From Bacteroidia bacterium (lineage in GTDB: Bacteria > Bacteroidota > Bacteroidia > JAYUJA01), in contig JAYUJA010000008.1 of assembly GCA_043765495.1 (NCBI GenBank), forward strand, positions 1 to 44,986: a DNA stretch of 44,986 nt, read 5' to 3'. Of the stretch, positions 7,352-16,114 are shown piece by piece (the stretch's first letter is position 1; every line of letters starts with the position of its first letter). Under the pieces are notes generated by a model. That model was not told the DNA's origin. It made no database searches and worked only from the letters and a program-made list of their open reading frames with translations. The translations under genes and the position numbers were made by a program.

Positions 7352-8635
7352 TTGAAAAGTGATGTCGTAAAAGATTTACCAAACAAACACGACAATGCTA
7401 ATTCAAGAATTAAAGAAGAAATGCCATTTAAGCAGTTGGAGCGTTATAAACAAGAAATTGAATTGGTCAATAATTCTGAATTAGAAGGTATAGCTAAAAG
7501 AAATCAAATTCTTAAATCTTTATGGGCAGTTCGCGATATCTCAGACCATCCCGATTTAGTTGACAACAAAATATTAGAAATACCTACAGGTATGCTTATT
7601 GACAAATCAGCAAAATTACAAATTACTATAGGTATTTTAGCAGATATAGAATCTAAAAGCGAAAAAGCCATAATATTTGCAGACAGAAGAGAAACGCAAA
7701 AAATGTTACAAAAAATTGTTTTTGATACTTTTAAAATTTTCACAAGCATTATAAATGGTGACACACCTGTAACAAAGCAACTTGAAGGTAAATCAGCATT
7801 AAGCAGACAGCAAACAATTGATCGTTTTCAATCCCAAGAAGGATTTAATGTAATCATTATGTCGCCAATTGCAGCTGGTGTAGGGCTGAACGTAACCAAA
7901 GCAAACCATATCATCCATTATACAAGGCATTGGAATCCTGCAAAAGAAAATCAAGCAACTGACCGAGCATACAGAATAGGACAACAAAAAGAGGTTTTTG
8001 TGTATTACCCAATGGCTGTTTTTCCAAAAGAAATGCAAGATGAAAATGGTAATAGGTTAAAATCTTTTGATGAAGTTCTCGACTTACTCTTAGTAAATAA
8101 AAATGCATTAGCAAGTAACGCCTTGTTCCCGACAGAGCAAGCAGAAATAACACCTGACGAACTATTTGGAAACATATTTGGAACAAAATTGGAAACTAAA
8201 TCAAAGTCATTGTCATTGCAGGACATTGACAGATTAAATCCCAATTTATTTGAAGCAAGTATTGCAGCACTTTATAAAAAACAAGATTTTGACATTTATT
8301 TAACCCCTTACTCAAACGACAAAGGTGTTGATGTTGTAGTTCTCAAAAATGGAGAGAACTATCTTATTCAGGTTAAGCAGACAAAGTCGTTAGTTGGAAT
8401 TGATGCAATACAGGAAATTTATACAGCCAAAAATTATTACGAAAGTAAATTTAATGAGAAATTCAATTTACTTATCATAACAAATAATGATTATAGTTCA
8501 TCAGCGAAAATATTAGCTAAGTCCAACAATATTCAACTATTTAATCGTAATCAATTAGAAAATCTCATTAATACTAACGACATAACAATTCAGGAAATTA
8601 ATAAAATAGAATCTCAACGAATGGAACGAGTATAG
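7352..8635 (+). CDS. SNF2-family ATPase C-terminal lobe fused to an Mrr-like restriction-endonuclease domain (ZorD-like C-terminal part)
   Basis: The frame is open from 7259 (KYQKPLNDEGTDIKVLTEQLRNNIGVFIKRRLKSDV...). The helicase C motifs are SPIAAGVGLN and QATDRAYRIGQ (7952-7984). The nuclease core is DKGVDVVV (8318-8341) and IQVKQ (8366-8380). Confidence 0.8.
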   Translation: MKSDVVKDLPNKHDNANSRIKEEMPFKQLERYKQEIELVNNSELEGIAKRNQILKSLWAVRDISDHPDLVDNKILEIPTGMLIDKSAKLQITIGILADIESKSEKAIIFADRRETQKMLQKIVFDTFKIFTSIINGDTPVTKQLEGKSALSRQQTIDRFQSQEGFNVIIMSPIAAGVGLNVTKANHIIHYTRHWNPAKENQATDRAYRIGQQKEVFVYYPMAVFPKEMQDENGNRLKSFDEVLDLLLVNKNALASNALFPTEQAEITPDELFGNIFGTKLETKSKSLSLQDIDRLNPNLFEASIAALYKKQDFDIYLTPYSNDKGVDVVVLKNGENYLIQVKQTKSLVGIDAIQEIYTAKNYYESKFNEKFNLLIITNNDYSSSAKILAKSNNIQLFNRNQLENLINTNDITIQEINKIESQRMERV

Positions 8636-9195
8636 CCAACGCTTTTGGTGGCACATTTGCATTTTTTGTAACTGCACATACCAACTCTAAAAAATAGTTA
8701 ATGTAAAATCTAAAATGAATGCATAAACAACCTATTATATTGTTTTGTTAAGAATATCATTATGAATACTTTGTGTGTTATTTGTTGAGCAACTAAAATT
8801 AAGTGTGGGTTGGTAATCCTGTTTTTAACAATTATTTTCAAAATTATATACCTAATAATGAATTATTTATACTGTATCTATAAATTAAATTTGCATTTTA
8901 AAACAGAATAAACTTTATTTGCATTTATAAATATTCCTACCTAATTAAATATATCAGGCTTATATAAGAAAAATCTACTTTTTTTTATTTCATTATCTAA
9001 ATACACTGCTATTTAAAGCCTATACTTTTACTCCATTTTTCTGTTTTAAAATACCCCCCTTTACTTATTCTACAAAATTACTTTTTGTACTCTTAAAAAC
9101 CGTTCCTCTATTGCTATACTTTTACATTATTTGTAAAACCAAACCCCTTATGTAAAAACTTCTACTCTTTATTCACTTAAAAACGAGTAGTTCTT

Positions 9196-9771
9196 ATGTT
9201 CCATGTAGCAAAAAAACAGCAATTAGTTGCTTGTCAAGCAATTACAAAAGTATTTATTTCTAAAAAAGAAATAGCTACTGTATTGGTACAAAACCAACCC
9301 ATGCTATTATACAAAGCGATGAAAATAGTCCATTGTGAAGAAATAGCGAAAGACATATTACAAGAAGCATATTGTAAAGCCTACAAAGCAATACAAAAAG
9401 GCTTTTACCAAGATCAAAATAAACTCATAGGCTGGATAGTGCGCATTGTATGCAACTTATCCATCGACTATATCCGCAAATCTAAAAGACATACGCATGT
9501 ATCTTTATCCAACACCATTACAGCAGACGATGATAACGTTAGCGTAGAAGTGAACATGGAAACCACACAGCAAAATACTATCTTACACACTTACCTAGAT
9601 AGGCTTCCAGTAGAGCAAAAAGAAGCTATTTACTTGCGTTTTTTTGAAGCAATGAGTTTTAAAGAAATAGCAGATATAAAAGGCATCAGTGTAAATACAG
9701 CCCTTGGGAGAGTGCGATATGGCATCAGTAACCTAAAAAAATTAGGCTTATTGACACAATTAGTTGCCTAG
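9196..9771 (+). CDS. ECF-type sigma-70 family RNA polymerase sigma factor
   Basis: Region 2 has AKDILQEAY...IGWIVRIVCNLSIDYIRK. Region 4 has LPVEQKEAIYLRFFEAMSFKEIADIKGISVNTALGRVRYG. Confidence 0.8.
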   Translation: MFHVAKKQQLVACQAITKVFISKKEIATVLVQNQPMLLYKAMKIVHCEEIAKDILQEAYCKAYKAIQKGFYQDQNKLIGWIVRIVCNLSIDYIRKSKRHTHVSLSNTITADDDNVSVEVNMETTQQNTILHTYLDRLPVEQKEAIYLRFFEAMSFKEIADIKGISVNTALGRVRYGISNLKKLGLLTQLVA

Positions 9772-9849
9772 AATTGGTTTTTATTCGTAGAAATGGGGTG
9801 TTTTGAAAATAATTAAACGGATACTGTACTTACTTATTCTATGTTTTTT

Positions 9850-9857
9850 TATATTTG
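9850..9857 (+). promoter_or_regulatory. Candidate -7 promoter box TATATTTG
   Basis: Exact TAnnTTTG match 31 nt upstream of the ATG at 9888. It lies inside the 5' extension of the ORF-track model, so that extension is unlikely to be coding. Confidence 0.45.
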
Positions 9858-9887
9858 CACCACTTCACACCAATACTTTTTATACCA

Positions 9888-10676
9888 ATGGCAAATTTAC
9901 AAGTAAAAACAATGGCAGAATACCTAGCGAATGACGAAACTCCAGACATACTTTTTTGGGTGGGTTGCGCTGGTAGCTTCGATGATAGAGCGAAAAAAGT
10001 AACAAAAGCATTTGTAAAAATCCTGAATAAAATAGGTATATCTTTTGCAGTACTAGGCACAGAAGAAAGCTGTACAGGAGACCCCGCAAAGCGTTCTGGT
10101 AACGAGTTTTTGTTCCAAATGCAAGCTATGATGAATATCCAAGTATTAAATGGCTATAACATTAAAAAAATAGTGACCACTTGCCCGCATTGTTTTAATA
10201 CATTAAAAAATGAATACCCATCGCTAGGAGGGAACTACGAAGTAGTACACCATTCCCAATATTTACAGCAACTGATAACAGATGGGAAGCTTACCGTAGA
10301 AAACGGCGTATTCAAAGGCAAACGTATCACCTTTCACGACCCTTGCTACCTAGGAAGAGCGAATGATGTGTACGAAGCTCCTCGCGAATTAATAGAAAAA
10401 CTAGATGCCGAATTAGTAGAAATGAAACGCTGTCGTAGCAAAGGGCTTTGTTGTGGAGCTGGCGGCGGACAAATGTTTAAAGAAGCAGAAAAAGGCAACA
10501 AAGAAGTAAACGTAGAGCGTACCGAAGATGTACTAGAATCCAAAGCAGAAATAGTAGCCGTAGGGTGCCCATTCTGCAATACCATGATGACAGACGGAGT
10601 GAAAATAGCAGAAAAAGAAGATAGCATTAAAATCATGGATTTAGCAGAACTAATAGCACAAGCAAACGATTTATAG
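9888..10676 (+). CDS. (Fe-S)-binding CCG-domain protein (heterodisulfide reductase B / GlpC-like)
   Basis: Two cysteine-rich CCG-type motifs are present: CPHC...DPCYLGR and CCGAGGG...CPFC. The start is moved to MANLQVK because of the promoter box at 9850. Confidence 0.7.
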   Translation: MANLQVKTMAEYLANDETPDILFWVGCAGSFDDRAKKVTKAFVKILNKIGISFAVLGTEESCTGDPAKRSGNEFLFQMQAMMNIQVLNGYNIKKIVTTCPHCFNTLKNEYPSLGGNYEVVHHSQYLQQLITDGKLTVENGVFKGKRITFHDPCYLGRANDVYEAPRELIEKLDAELVEMKRCRSKGLCCGAGGGQMFKEAEKGNKEVNVERTEDVLESKAEIVAVGCPFCNTMMTDGVKIAEKEDSIKIMDLAELIAQANDL

Positions 10677-10680
10677 ATTA

Positions 10681-10720
10681 AAAAAAGCTGCTCATTTTTA
10701 GAGCAGCTTTTTTGTTTTTT
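10681..10720. terminator. Bidirectional rho-independent terminator between convergent genes
   Basis: Stem GCTGCTC (10687-10693) / GAGCAGC (10701-10707), flanked by an A-run upstream and a T-run downstream. Confidence 0.7.
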
Positions 10721-10754
10721 ATACCTAAAATAAAAGTAATAAGTCTCTTTTTGT

Positions 10755-12545
10755 TTAAGAAATAACTTCTTCTACTTGTTTTAATTGGTGTTTATAAATA
10801 GTAGCGTAATAGCCATCTGCATTCGCTAACTCGTCGTGTGTGCCTTGCTCTATTATCCTTCCATTTTCTAGTACGATGATTCTATCACAATTTTTGATAG
10901 TAGATACGCGATGACTTACCATGATAGTAGTTTTATGAAGCATTAATTTTTTCATATTTTGAAGGATAATCTCCTCTGTTTCGGTATCCACAGCACTCAA
11001 GCAATCGTCTAGTAATAGTATATTCGGTAATTCGGCTAACGCTCGCGCGATAGATATACGCTGTTTTTGTCCGCCAGAAAGTGATACGCCTCGCTCGCCT
11101 ATTTGTGTTTCAAAACCTTCCTGAAAAGCTTCTACATTATCCGTAATATACGCATTATCCGTTGCTTGGATTACCATTTTTCGTAGGTTTTCAGGACTGT
11201 ATTCTTTGCGTATACCAAAAGCCACATTATTGGCGATAGTTTCTGAAAATAAAAATACTTCTTGTGGTACGTAGCCTATTTGTGTGCGTAGCTGGGTGAG
11301 TGGGATTTCTTTTATAGGCTTCCCGTCTATTAGGATTTCTCCAGAAGTAACGTCGTAAAAACGAGCTATCAAAGTCGCTAGTGTACTTTTTCCTGAACCA
11401 GTACGCCCCATGATGCCGATAGAAGTACCAGCTGGTATATCAAAAGAAATATTTTGTAATGCAGGCTTGCGGATAGCATCGTACTGAAAAGAAACATCTT
11501 TGAATACTATATTACCTTTTATAGCTTCATCAGTAGTAGTAATAGGAGAAGTAATAGTAGGCTGCTGGTCAAGAAATTCGTTAATTCTTCTTTGAGATAC
11601 TGCCGCACGTTGGATCATTGTACTCGTCCAGCCTAATGATATTACTGGCCATATAAGCAAATTTAGAAAAAATACAAATTCCGTAATAGTTCCTGATGGT
11701 ACGCCTTGTTTTGCAGCTACCCACACTACTAGTATCGTACTCAAACCTGTAAGGAAACTGGAAGAAGGATTGTACAACGAATCCACTTTCATTAGTTGGA
11801 AGGCCTTGTTTTTTAGATTAGTAAGGATAATTTTAAAATGGGTATTAGAACTTTCATGTCGGTTGTAGGCTCTAGTAACTCGTATACCTGCAAATGTTTC
11901 TTGGGTGTAAGACGTGATATTAGAAACTTCTTTTTGGTACTCATCGTAATACTCGTAATCCAAAGAAGACAATTTATAAATCACAATACTCAATATCGGC
12001 AAGGGGGCTAGTGCATACCAAGTCATCATGGTATCGGTTTGAAACATTTTTACTATCACAATGATAAACAAGGTAATAGACGTAAGTACATACATAATAG
12101 CAGGCCCAGCATACATACGTACCGCACCTATATCTTCGCTCAACCTTGCCATCAAATCGCCTGTACGGTTTTGTTTATAAAAATATTGATCCAGTTTTTG
12201 GTAATGTGCATACATAGCATTTCGTAGATCATACTCTATGTGCCGAGACATGACTACGATAGTCTGACGCATAAAAAAAGTACAAATAGCACTCATCAAA
12301 GTAGCTCCGAGTATATACATTCCATACGTAAATAAGTCATGGTAAAAAGAATCTACGGCTACAGCTTGTGGACTGATTTGGTAGCTTTTGGCAGTACTTT
12401 CAATAAGGTTTACTGCTTGCTTTACCCAGTCGGAAGGATATACTTTAAAGAAATTTCCTATTAATATAAACACCATTCCACTGAGTAGGCGGTATTTATA
12501 TTTCCAAAAATAAGGGTTTAAAGTGGCAAGAGAACGAATAGACAT
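10755..12545 (-). CDS. ABC transporter, fused permease/ATP-binding protein (MsbA/multidrug exporter type)
   Basis: The N-terminal part has six TM helices. Walker A is GRTGSGKST, the ABC signature is LSGGQKQR, and Walker B is ILLLDD. Confidence 0.85.
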   Translation of the reverse strand: MSIRSLATLNPYFWKYKYRLLSGMVFILIGNFFKVYPSDWVKQAVNLIESTAKSYQISPQAVAVDSFYHDLFTYGMYILGATLMSAICTFFMRQTIVVMSRHIEYDLRNAMYAHYQKLDQYFYKQNRTGDLMARLSEDIGAVRMYAGPAIMYVLTSITLFIIVIVKMFQTDTMMTWYALAPLPILSIVIYKLSSLDYEYYDEYQKEVSNITSYTQETFAGIRVTRAYNRHESSNTHFKIILTNLKNKAFQLMKVDSLYNPSSSFLTGLSTILVVWVAAKQGVPSGTITEFVFFLNLLIWPVISLGWTSTMIQRAAVSQRRINEFLDQQPTITSPITTTDEAIKGNIVFKDVSFQYDAIRKPALQNISFDIPAGTSIGIMGRTGSGKSTLATLIARFYDVTSGEILIDGKPIKEIPLTQLRTQIGYVPQEVFLFSETIANNVAFGIRKEYSPENLRKMVIQATDNAYITDNVEAFQEGFETQIGERGVSLSGGQKQRISIARALAELPNILLLDDCLSAVDTETEEIILQNMKKLMLHKTTIMVSHRVSTIKNCDRIIVLENGRIIEQGTHDELANADGYYATIYKHQLKQVEEVIS

Positions 12546-12639
12546 AATAAATCAAAGAATGGTAGAACTGCAAAAGTACATGTTTTTAAGTGATAAAAAA
12601 TTTTACATAAAATAATATATGCTAACTATAAAATAATAG

Positions 12640-12647
12640 TATATTTG
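12640..12647 (+). promoter_or_regulatory. Candidate -7 promoter box TATATTTG
   Basis: Exact TAnnTTTG match 43 nt upstream of the ATG at 12690. Confidence 0.45.
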
Positions 12648-12651
12648 TGCT

Positions 12652-12690
12652 TTAACTTACTTAACTTACTTAATTTATTTAACTTATTTA
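12652..12690 (+). repeat. Tandem 9-bp repeat TTAAYTTAY, 4.3 copies
   Basis: The units are TTAACTTAC (12652), TTAACTTAC (12661), TTAATTTAT (12670) and TTAACTTAT (12679), followed by TTA that runs into the ATG. Confidence 0.8.
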
Positions 12691-13388
12691 TGGGAGTATT
12701 TTCATTTCTAAAAGACAAAGCAAACGATGCATTAGGTTTTTTACACCTAAAAGACAAAGATGCAGATGCTAATACGCCAGATCCAGAGCGTAGAGCCAAG
12801 TACATGGAAATTATTAAAAATTATAACTTACCAATCACTAACTTTGATATTGCAGTATATGGCGATAAACTAGTAGTGACAGGAGAAGCTCCTAACGCTG
12901 CCATAAAACAAAAAGTAGTACTAGGATTAGGCAACTTGCCAAGCATCTCCGAAGTAGACGACCAGATGACAGTAGCAGCAGCAGTAGTAGTACCTACCAC
13001 GCCAGCAGAGATAGTAGAAGTAGAAGAAGCAGACCTATACACGGTGACATCAGGAGATACACTATGGGATTTGTCCAAAAAATTCTATAACGAACCAGGA
13101 AAATACATGGCTATATTCGAAGCAAATAGACCCATGCTATCCGATCCTAATCACCTATTCCCAGGTATGGTAATCCGAGTACCAAAAACACCCGTAATAA
13201 AGCCACAAGTGGTAGAGCCAGGTGGCGAATACGTAGTACAATATGGCGATACACTATGGGCATTAGCAGAACGTTTTTATAAAAATGGCGCTAAATATAC
13301 CATGATATACGAAGCGAATACCGATAAAATGCCAGATGCGAATACCATCAATCCTGGACAAGTATTACGAATTCCGATTTTAGCATAA
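12690..13388 (+). CDS. BON domain plus two LysM domains; peptidoglycan-binding protein (Kbp/YgaU-like)
   Basis: The N-terminus MGVFSFLKDKANDALGF is followed by a BON-like block. Two LysM units follow: YTVTSGDTLWDLSKKFY... and YVVQYGDTLWALAERFY.... The ORF-track start at 12645 falls within the promoter/repeat region. Confidence 0.8.
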   Translation: MGVFSFLKDKANDALGFLHLKDKDADANTPDPERRAKYMEIIKNYNLPITNFDIAVYGDKLVVTGEAPNAAIKQKVVLGLGNLPSISEVDDQMTVAAAVVVPTTPAEIVEVEEADLYTVTSGDTLWDLSKKFYNEPGKYMAIFEANRPMLSDPNHLFPGMVIRVPKTPVIKPQVVEPGGEYVVQYGDTLWALAERFYKNGAKYTMIYEANTDKMPDANTINPGQVLRIPILA

Positions 13389-13408
13389 TAAAAAAATAGA
13401 TGTAAACT

Positions 13409-13446
13409 AAAATAGGCTGTCTTATTCGGACAGCCTATTTTTTTGT
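13409..13446. terminator. Bidirectional rho-independent terminator
   Basis: Stem GGCTGTC (13415-13421) / GACAGCC (13429-13435), extended by AAATA/TATTT and followed by a T-run. Confidence 0.7.
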
Positions 13447-13467
13447 TTTAAAACCTACTATACTCTA

Positions 13468-15981
13468 TTAATTCCCAATATCCATGCCTAGTACAATCCC
13501 ATTACGCATTGCTTTACCTTTCTGCCAGCCCATCGCATAGTCTATACGCAAGCCTCTTACTACATTAAATCCAATATTGGATAATCCTACACTAGCCTCT
13601 ATGTAAGGCTCTTGCCCATTTGTTAATAAAATATTACAATTAACTACTTCTCTCCAATTTAGTTTCTTGAATATCGGTAAACGGTTCATTAATAGTCCCA
13701 TAAAATTATGCTCTACGTGTATCTCGGTATACTGGTTCGTAGTACTGTAAGAATAAAAAGGCAATAAAAAGAATCCATTTCTATAATTTACAGAAGAATT
13801 TACGGTAAGTGAGTTTCCGTTAAAATGTTTATAATCTAAAAAGTAAGTTGGTTTTTTGAGAAAAATACCAGTACTAGCATTGAAATCCAATAGCCCTAAA
13901 TGCCAGATTTTTATATTTTTTCTATTGGCTCTTACATCTACTTGGTGGAATCCTCTACCATCTACCGAACCTCCTTTGTAGGTAAAATAAAATTCAGGAT
14001 ATTTCCACCCTGTTACTTTCTTGCTTTTTGGAAGCGTGGCATAGGTTTGATTATAACGCAGACGGAACTGTAATTCTACTATCGCCGCATTATGGGTAGC
14101 AAAATTTGGATAATTCGTAGGTAAACATTCCTTACAAGGCAGTGATAAAGCATCATTGGTAGCATAGTTCCATTTGGCTTTTTTATTCCAATTATACGTA
14201 CTTGTATTGTCTACATTCTCACGACGAGACAGCTCTATGCTTCCCTTAAATAATATACCATTCACTAATTCTTGTTGGTAGGTTGCTTTTATCTGTGTTT
14301 TGTCGTATAGTTTCATGTAATTACGTCGGGCGAGTAAGCTATACCAATCATTTACTATATAGCCAATAGGTTTTTGTTCGTTTATTTGCGTAATCTGTTT
14401 TCCTAAACTAACACTTATTTTCTTCCAATCACTTGTTTTAAAGTCATACGAAGCTTCTATCAAAGGGCGAGGAAGTTTTTCTGAAAAACCATAATTCATT
14501 TTGAAAGATGCCTTTAATTCCTGCGATTTAATTATTTTTTTGGTGGTACGGTCGTCATTTTTCCAGATTGGGAATTGTCTCTTATAGTCTAGTTGCAATT
14601 CTAGGTTATAGCCTTGTACGGTATTGAAATGAATAGCATTGAGGGGCGAATGTACCTTCCAAGTAGTATTTTTATCGCTATCCCAGCTATACCCACTAGT
14701 AAGAAAATTGAGTATATGAAATTTTTCAGCAGTATCTTTTGTTGTTTTATTTTGCTGTGCTGTTTCGGTACTATCTTCTACTTTGTAATTCTGGATTTCT
14801 TCTTTTAACAATGGAATGGGGCGGATACTATCCCAATAACCAGTCGTATACTCGCTTACATTATCTTCTACTTTATACACTTCTTTGTTAAAAAATTTAG
14901 TATCTTTTAGTGTGATAAAATCATATTTAGAACGCACTTCTGTAAAAGTAGCATTGAATTTAAAACCTAATAGTTTTATTTTAAAATCTATTAATTGATT
15001 AAACTTTACCCATTTATCATTTTCTGGATTATAAAATACTTGTCGGATACGGAACGAATCTACCATATCCACTTCCAAAGCATTGGTACGAGCCATTAAA
15101 TCCGTTTGGTAGATATTCCAGCTTTTATCTACTATATAAATATTTCCTGTGAATACAGGGCCATAGTTATTACGCGGGATTACTTGTACTATGTGTACCA
15201 TTTTATTCTCTTTGTCTAGGAAAGTTTGTAAGTGTTTGTATTTATAAAAAAGCATCGCATCTGTCGCTATGGGAGATATTAATTCGCGCCCTCCAAAAAC
15301 CCGCAACGTATTGTTATAAAAAGAATAATTCATTCCTTCTGAATTATGGAAACTAAACCCATTACTCTCGCCACTTACTTTGGAAGCTGTCATTATTTCT
15401 TTGGTATTCGGCTCTTTGTAGTATACCGTGGACATGGATTCCGATAAGTGCATTATCATTCCTATACTATCTTTTGTTACTTTCTTGCCATTGATACTCA
15501 ATTCTTTTTCTACATCTTGCCCCATTATTTTTTTAGGAAACTTCATTAGTCGGTGATCGCCTTTTATATAAGAAGCATATTGGTAGTTTTTGAGATAATT
15601 CTGATAGTACGATCGCTTCTTTATGGCTTCTCGGACGATGGCATACGCAGGGTCTTCGCCATCTGCTTTTACTACTACTTCTTTGGTTTCTAATATCCTT
15701 TCTGCTAGTACTACATTTTTAGTAATAGAACCATTAGTAACGTTTATTTTCTCTACTACTTGTTCATAGCCAATGTATTGAAATAAAAACACATACGTGC
15801 CAGCATCTACGGATAAGCTATAATAGCCATCTTCATTGGCAGCAGTGCCGATAGTAGAACCCTGTACAGCGATGGTAGCATACGCCAGCCCTTCGCCTTT
15901 GGTATCTGTGATTCTCCCTTTTATTTCCATAGAAAACCCATACTGATACACACATAAAAATAGAATAAATAAATAACGCAT
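13468..15981 (-). CDS. Large secreted protein with an N-terminal carboxypeptidase-regulatory-like domain (DUF5686-type)
   Basis: A signal peptide is followed by ITDTKGEGLAYATIAVQGSTIGTAANEDGYYSL, a CarboxypepD_reg-like motif. The long remainder is rich in beta-strand-type sequence, as in Bacteroidota DUF5686 proteins. Confidence 0.7.
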   Translation of the reverse strand: MRYLFILFLCVYQYGFSMEIKGRITDTKGEGLAYATIAVQGSTIGTAANEDGYYSLSVDAGTYVFLFQYIGYEQVVEKINVTNGSITKNVVLAERILETKEVVVKADGEDPAYAIVREAIKKRSYYQNYLKNYQYASYIKGDHRLMKFPKKIMGQDVEKELSINGKKVTKDSIGMIMHLSESMSTVYYKEPNTKEIMTASKVSGESNGFSFHNSEGMNYSFYNNTLRVFGGRELISPIATDAMLFYKYKHLQTFLDKENKMVHIVQVIPRNNYGPVFTGNIYIVDKSWNIYQTDLMARTNALEVDMVDSFRIRQVFYNPENDKWVKFNQLIDFKIKLLGFKFNATFTEVRSKYDFITLKDTKFFNKEVYKVEDNVSEYTTGYWDSIRPIPLLKEEIQNYKVEDSTETAQQNKTTKDTAEKFHILNFLTSGYSWDSDKNTTWKVHSPLNAIHFNTVQGYNLELQLDYKRQFPIWKNDDRTTKKIIKSQELKASFKMNYGFSEKLPRPLIEASYDFKTSDWKKISVSLGKQITQINEQKPIGYIVNDWYSLLARRNYMKLYDKTQIKATYQQELVNGILFKGSIELSRRENVDNTSTYNWNKKAKWNYATNDALSLPCKECLPTNYPNFATHNAAIVELQFRLRYNQTYATLPKSKKVTGWKYPEFYFTYKGGSVDGRGFHQVDVRANRKNIKIWHLGLLDFNASTGIFLKKPTYFLDYKHFNGNSLTVNSSVNYRNGFFLLPFYSYSTTNQYTEIHVEHNFMGLLMNRLPIFKKLNWREVVNCNILLTNGQEPYIEASVGLSNIGFNVVRGLRIDYAMGWQKGKAMRNGIVLGMDIGN

Positions 15982-16018
15982 ACGCTTTTTTGAATTAAGT
16001 TAGAAAAATAATAGACCG

Positions 16019-16026
16019 CAAAGATA
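16019..16026 (-). promoter_or_regulatory. Candidate -7 promoter box TATCTTTG (minus strand)
   Basis: The reverse complement of CAAAGATA lies 38 nt upstream of the start at 15981. Confidence 0.4.
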
Positions 16027-16114
16027 TCCATAACACTTTATTTTGCAAGGGTTAGTAAAATAGGTATTTTTAAATTAATATTGTTAATTGGTTATTTAAT
16101 TTTAGAAAGAGTAA

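Noticed and set aside
6168-8244. Several minus-strand ORFs of 76-128 aa (6168-6554, 7037-7267, 7504-7764, 7799-8038, 7911-8186, 8005-8244)
   Set aside because: All are antisense to the SNF2-Mrr coding region, which carries clear helicase and nuclease motifs. Their F/L/I/C-rich translations are what AT-rich antisense frames usually give.
8636-9195. The 560-bp ORF-free region downstream of the SNF2-Mrr gene as a hidden gene, array or attachment site
   Set aside because: I found no ORF, no direct or inverted repeat of 12 bp or more, and no tRNA-like sequence by eye. It is treated as an AT-rich spacer holding the sigma-factor promoter region.
9855-9887. ORF-track 5' extensions at 9855, 12645, 20889, 31820 and 18985 (minus strand)
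   Set aside because: The extensions begin at TTG or non-optimal codons. At 9855 the extension overlaps a TAnnTTTG promoter box, and at 12645 it overlaps a promoter box and the 9-bp repeat. At 20889 it precedes an obvious signal peptide or lipobox start. The internal ATGs at 9888, 12690, 20934, 31826 and 18952 are preferred.
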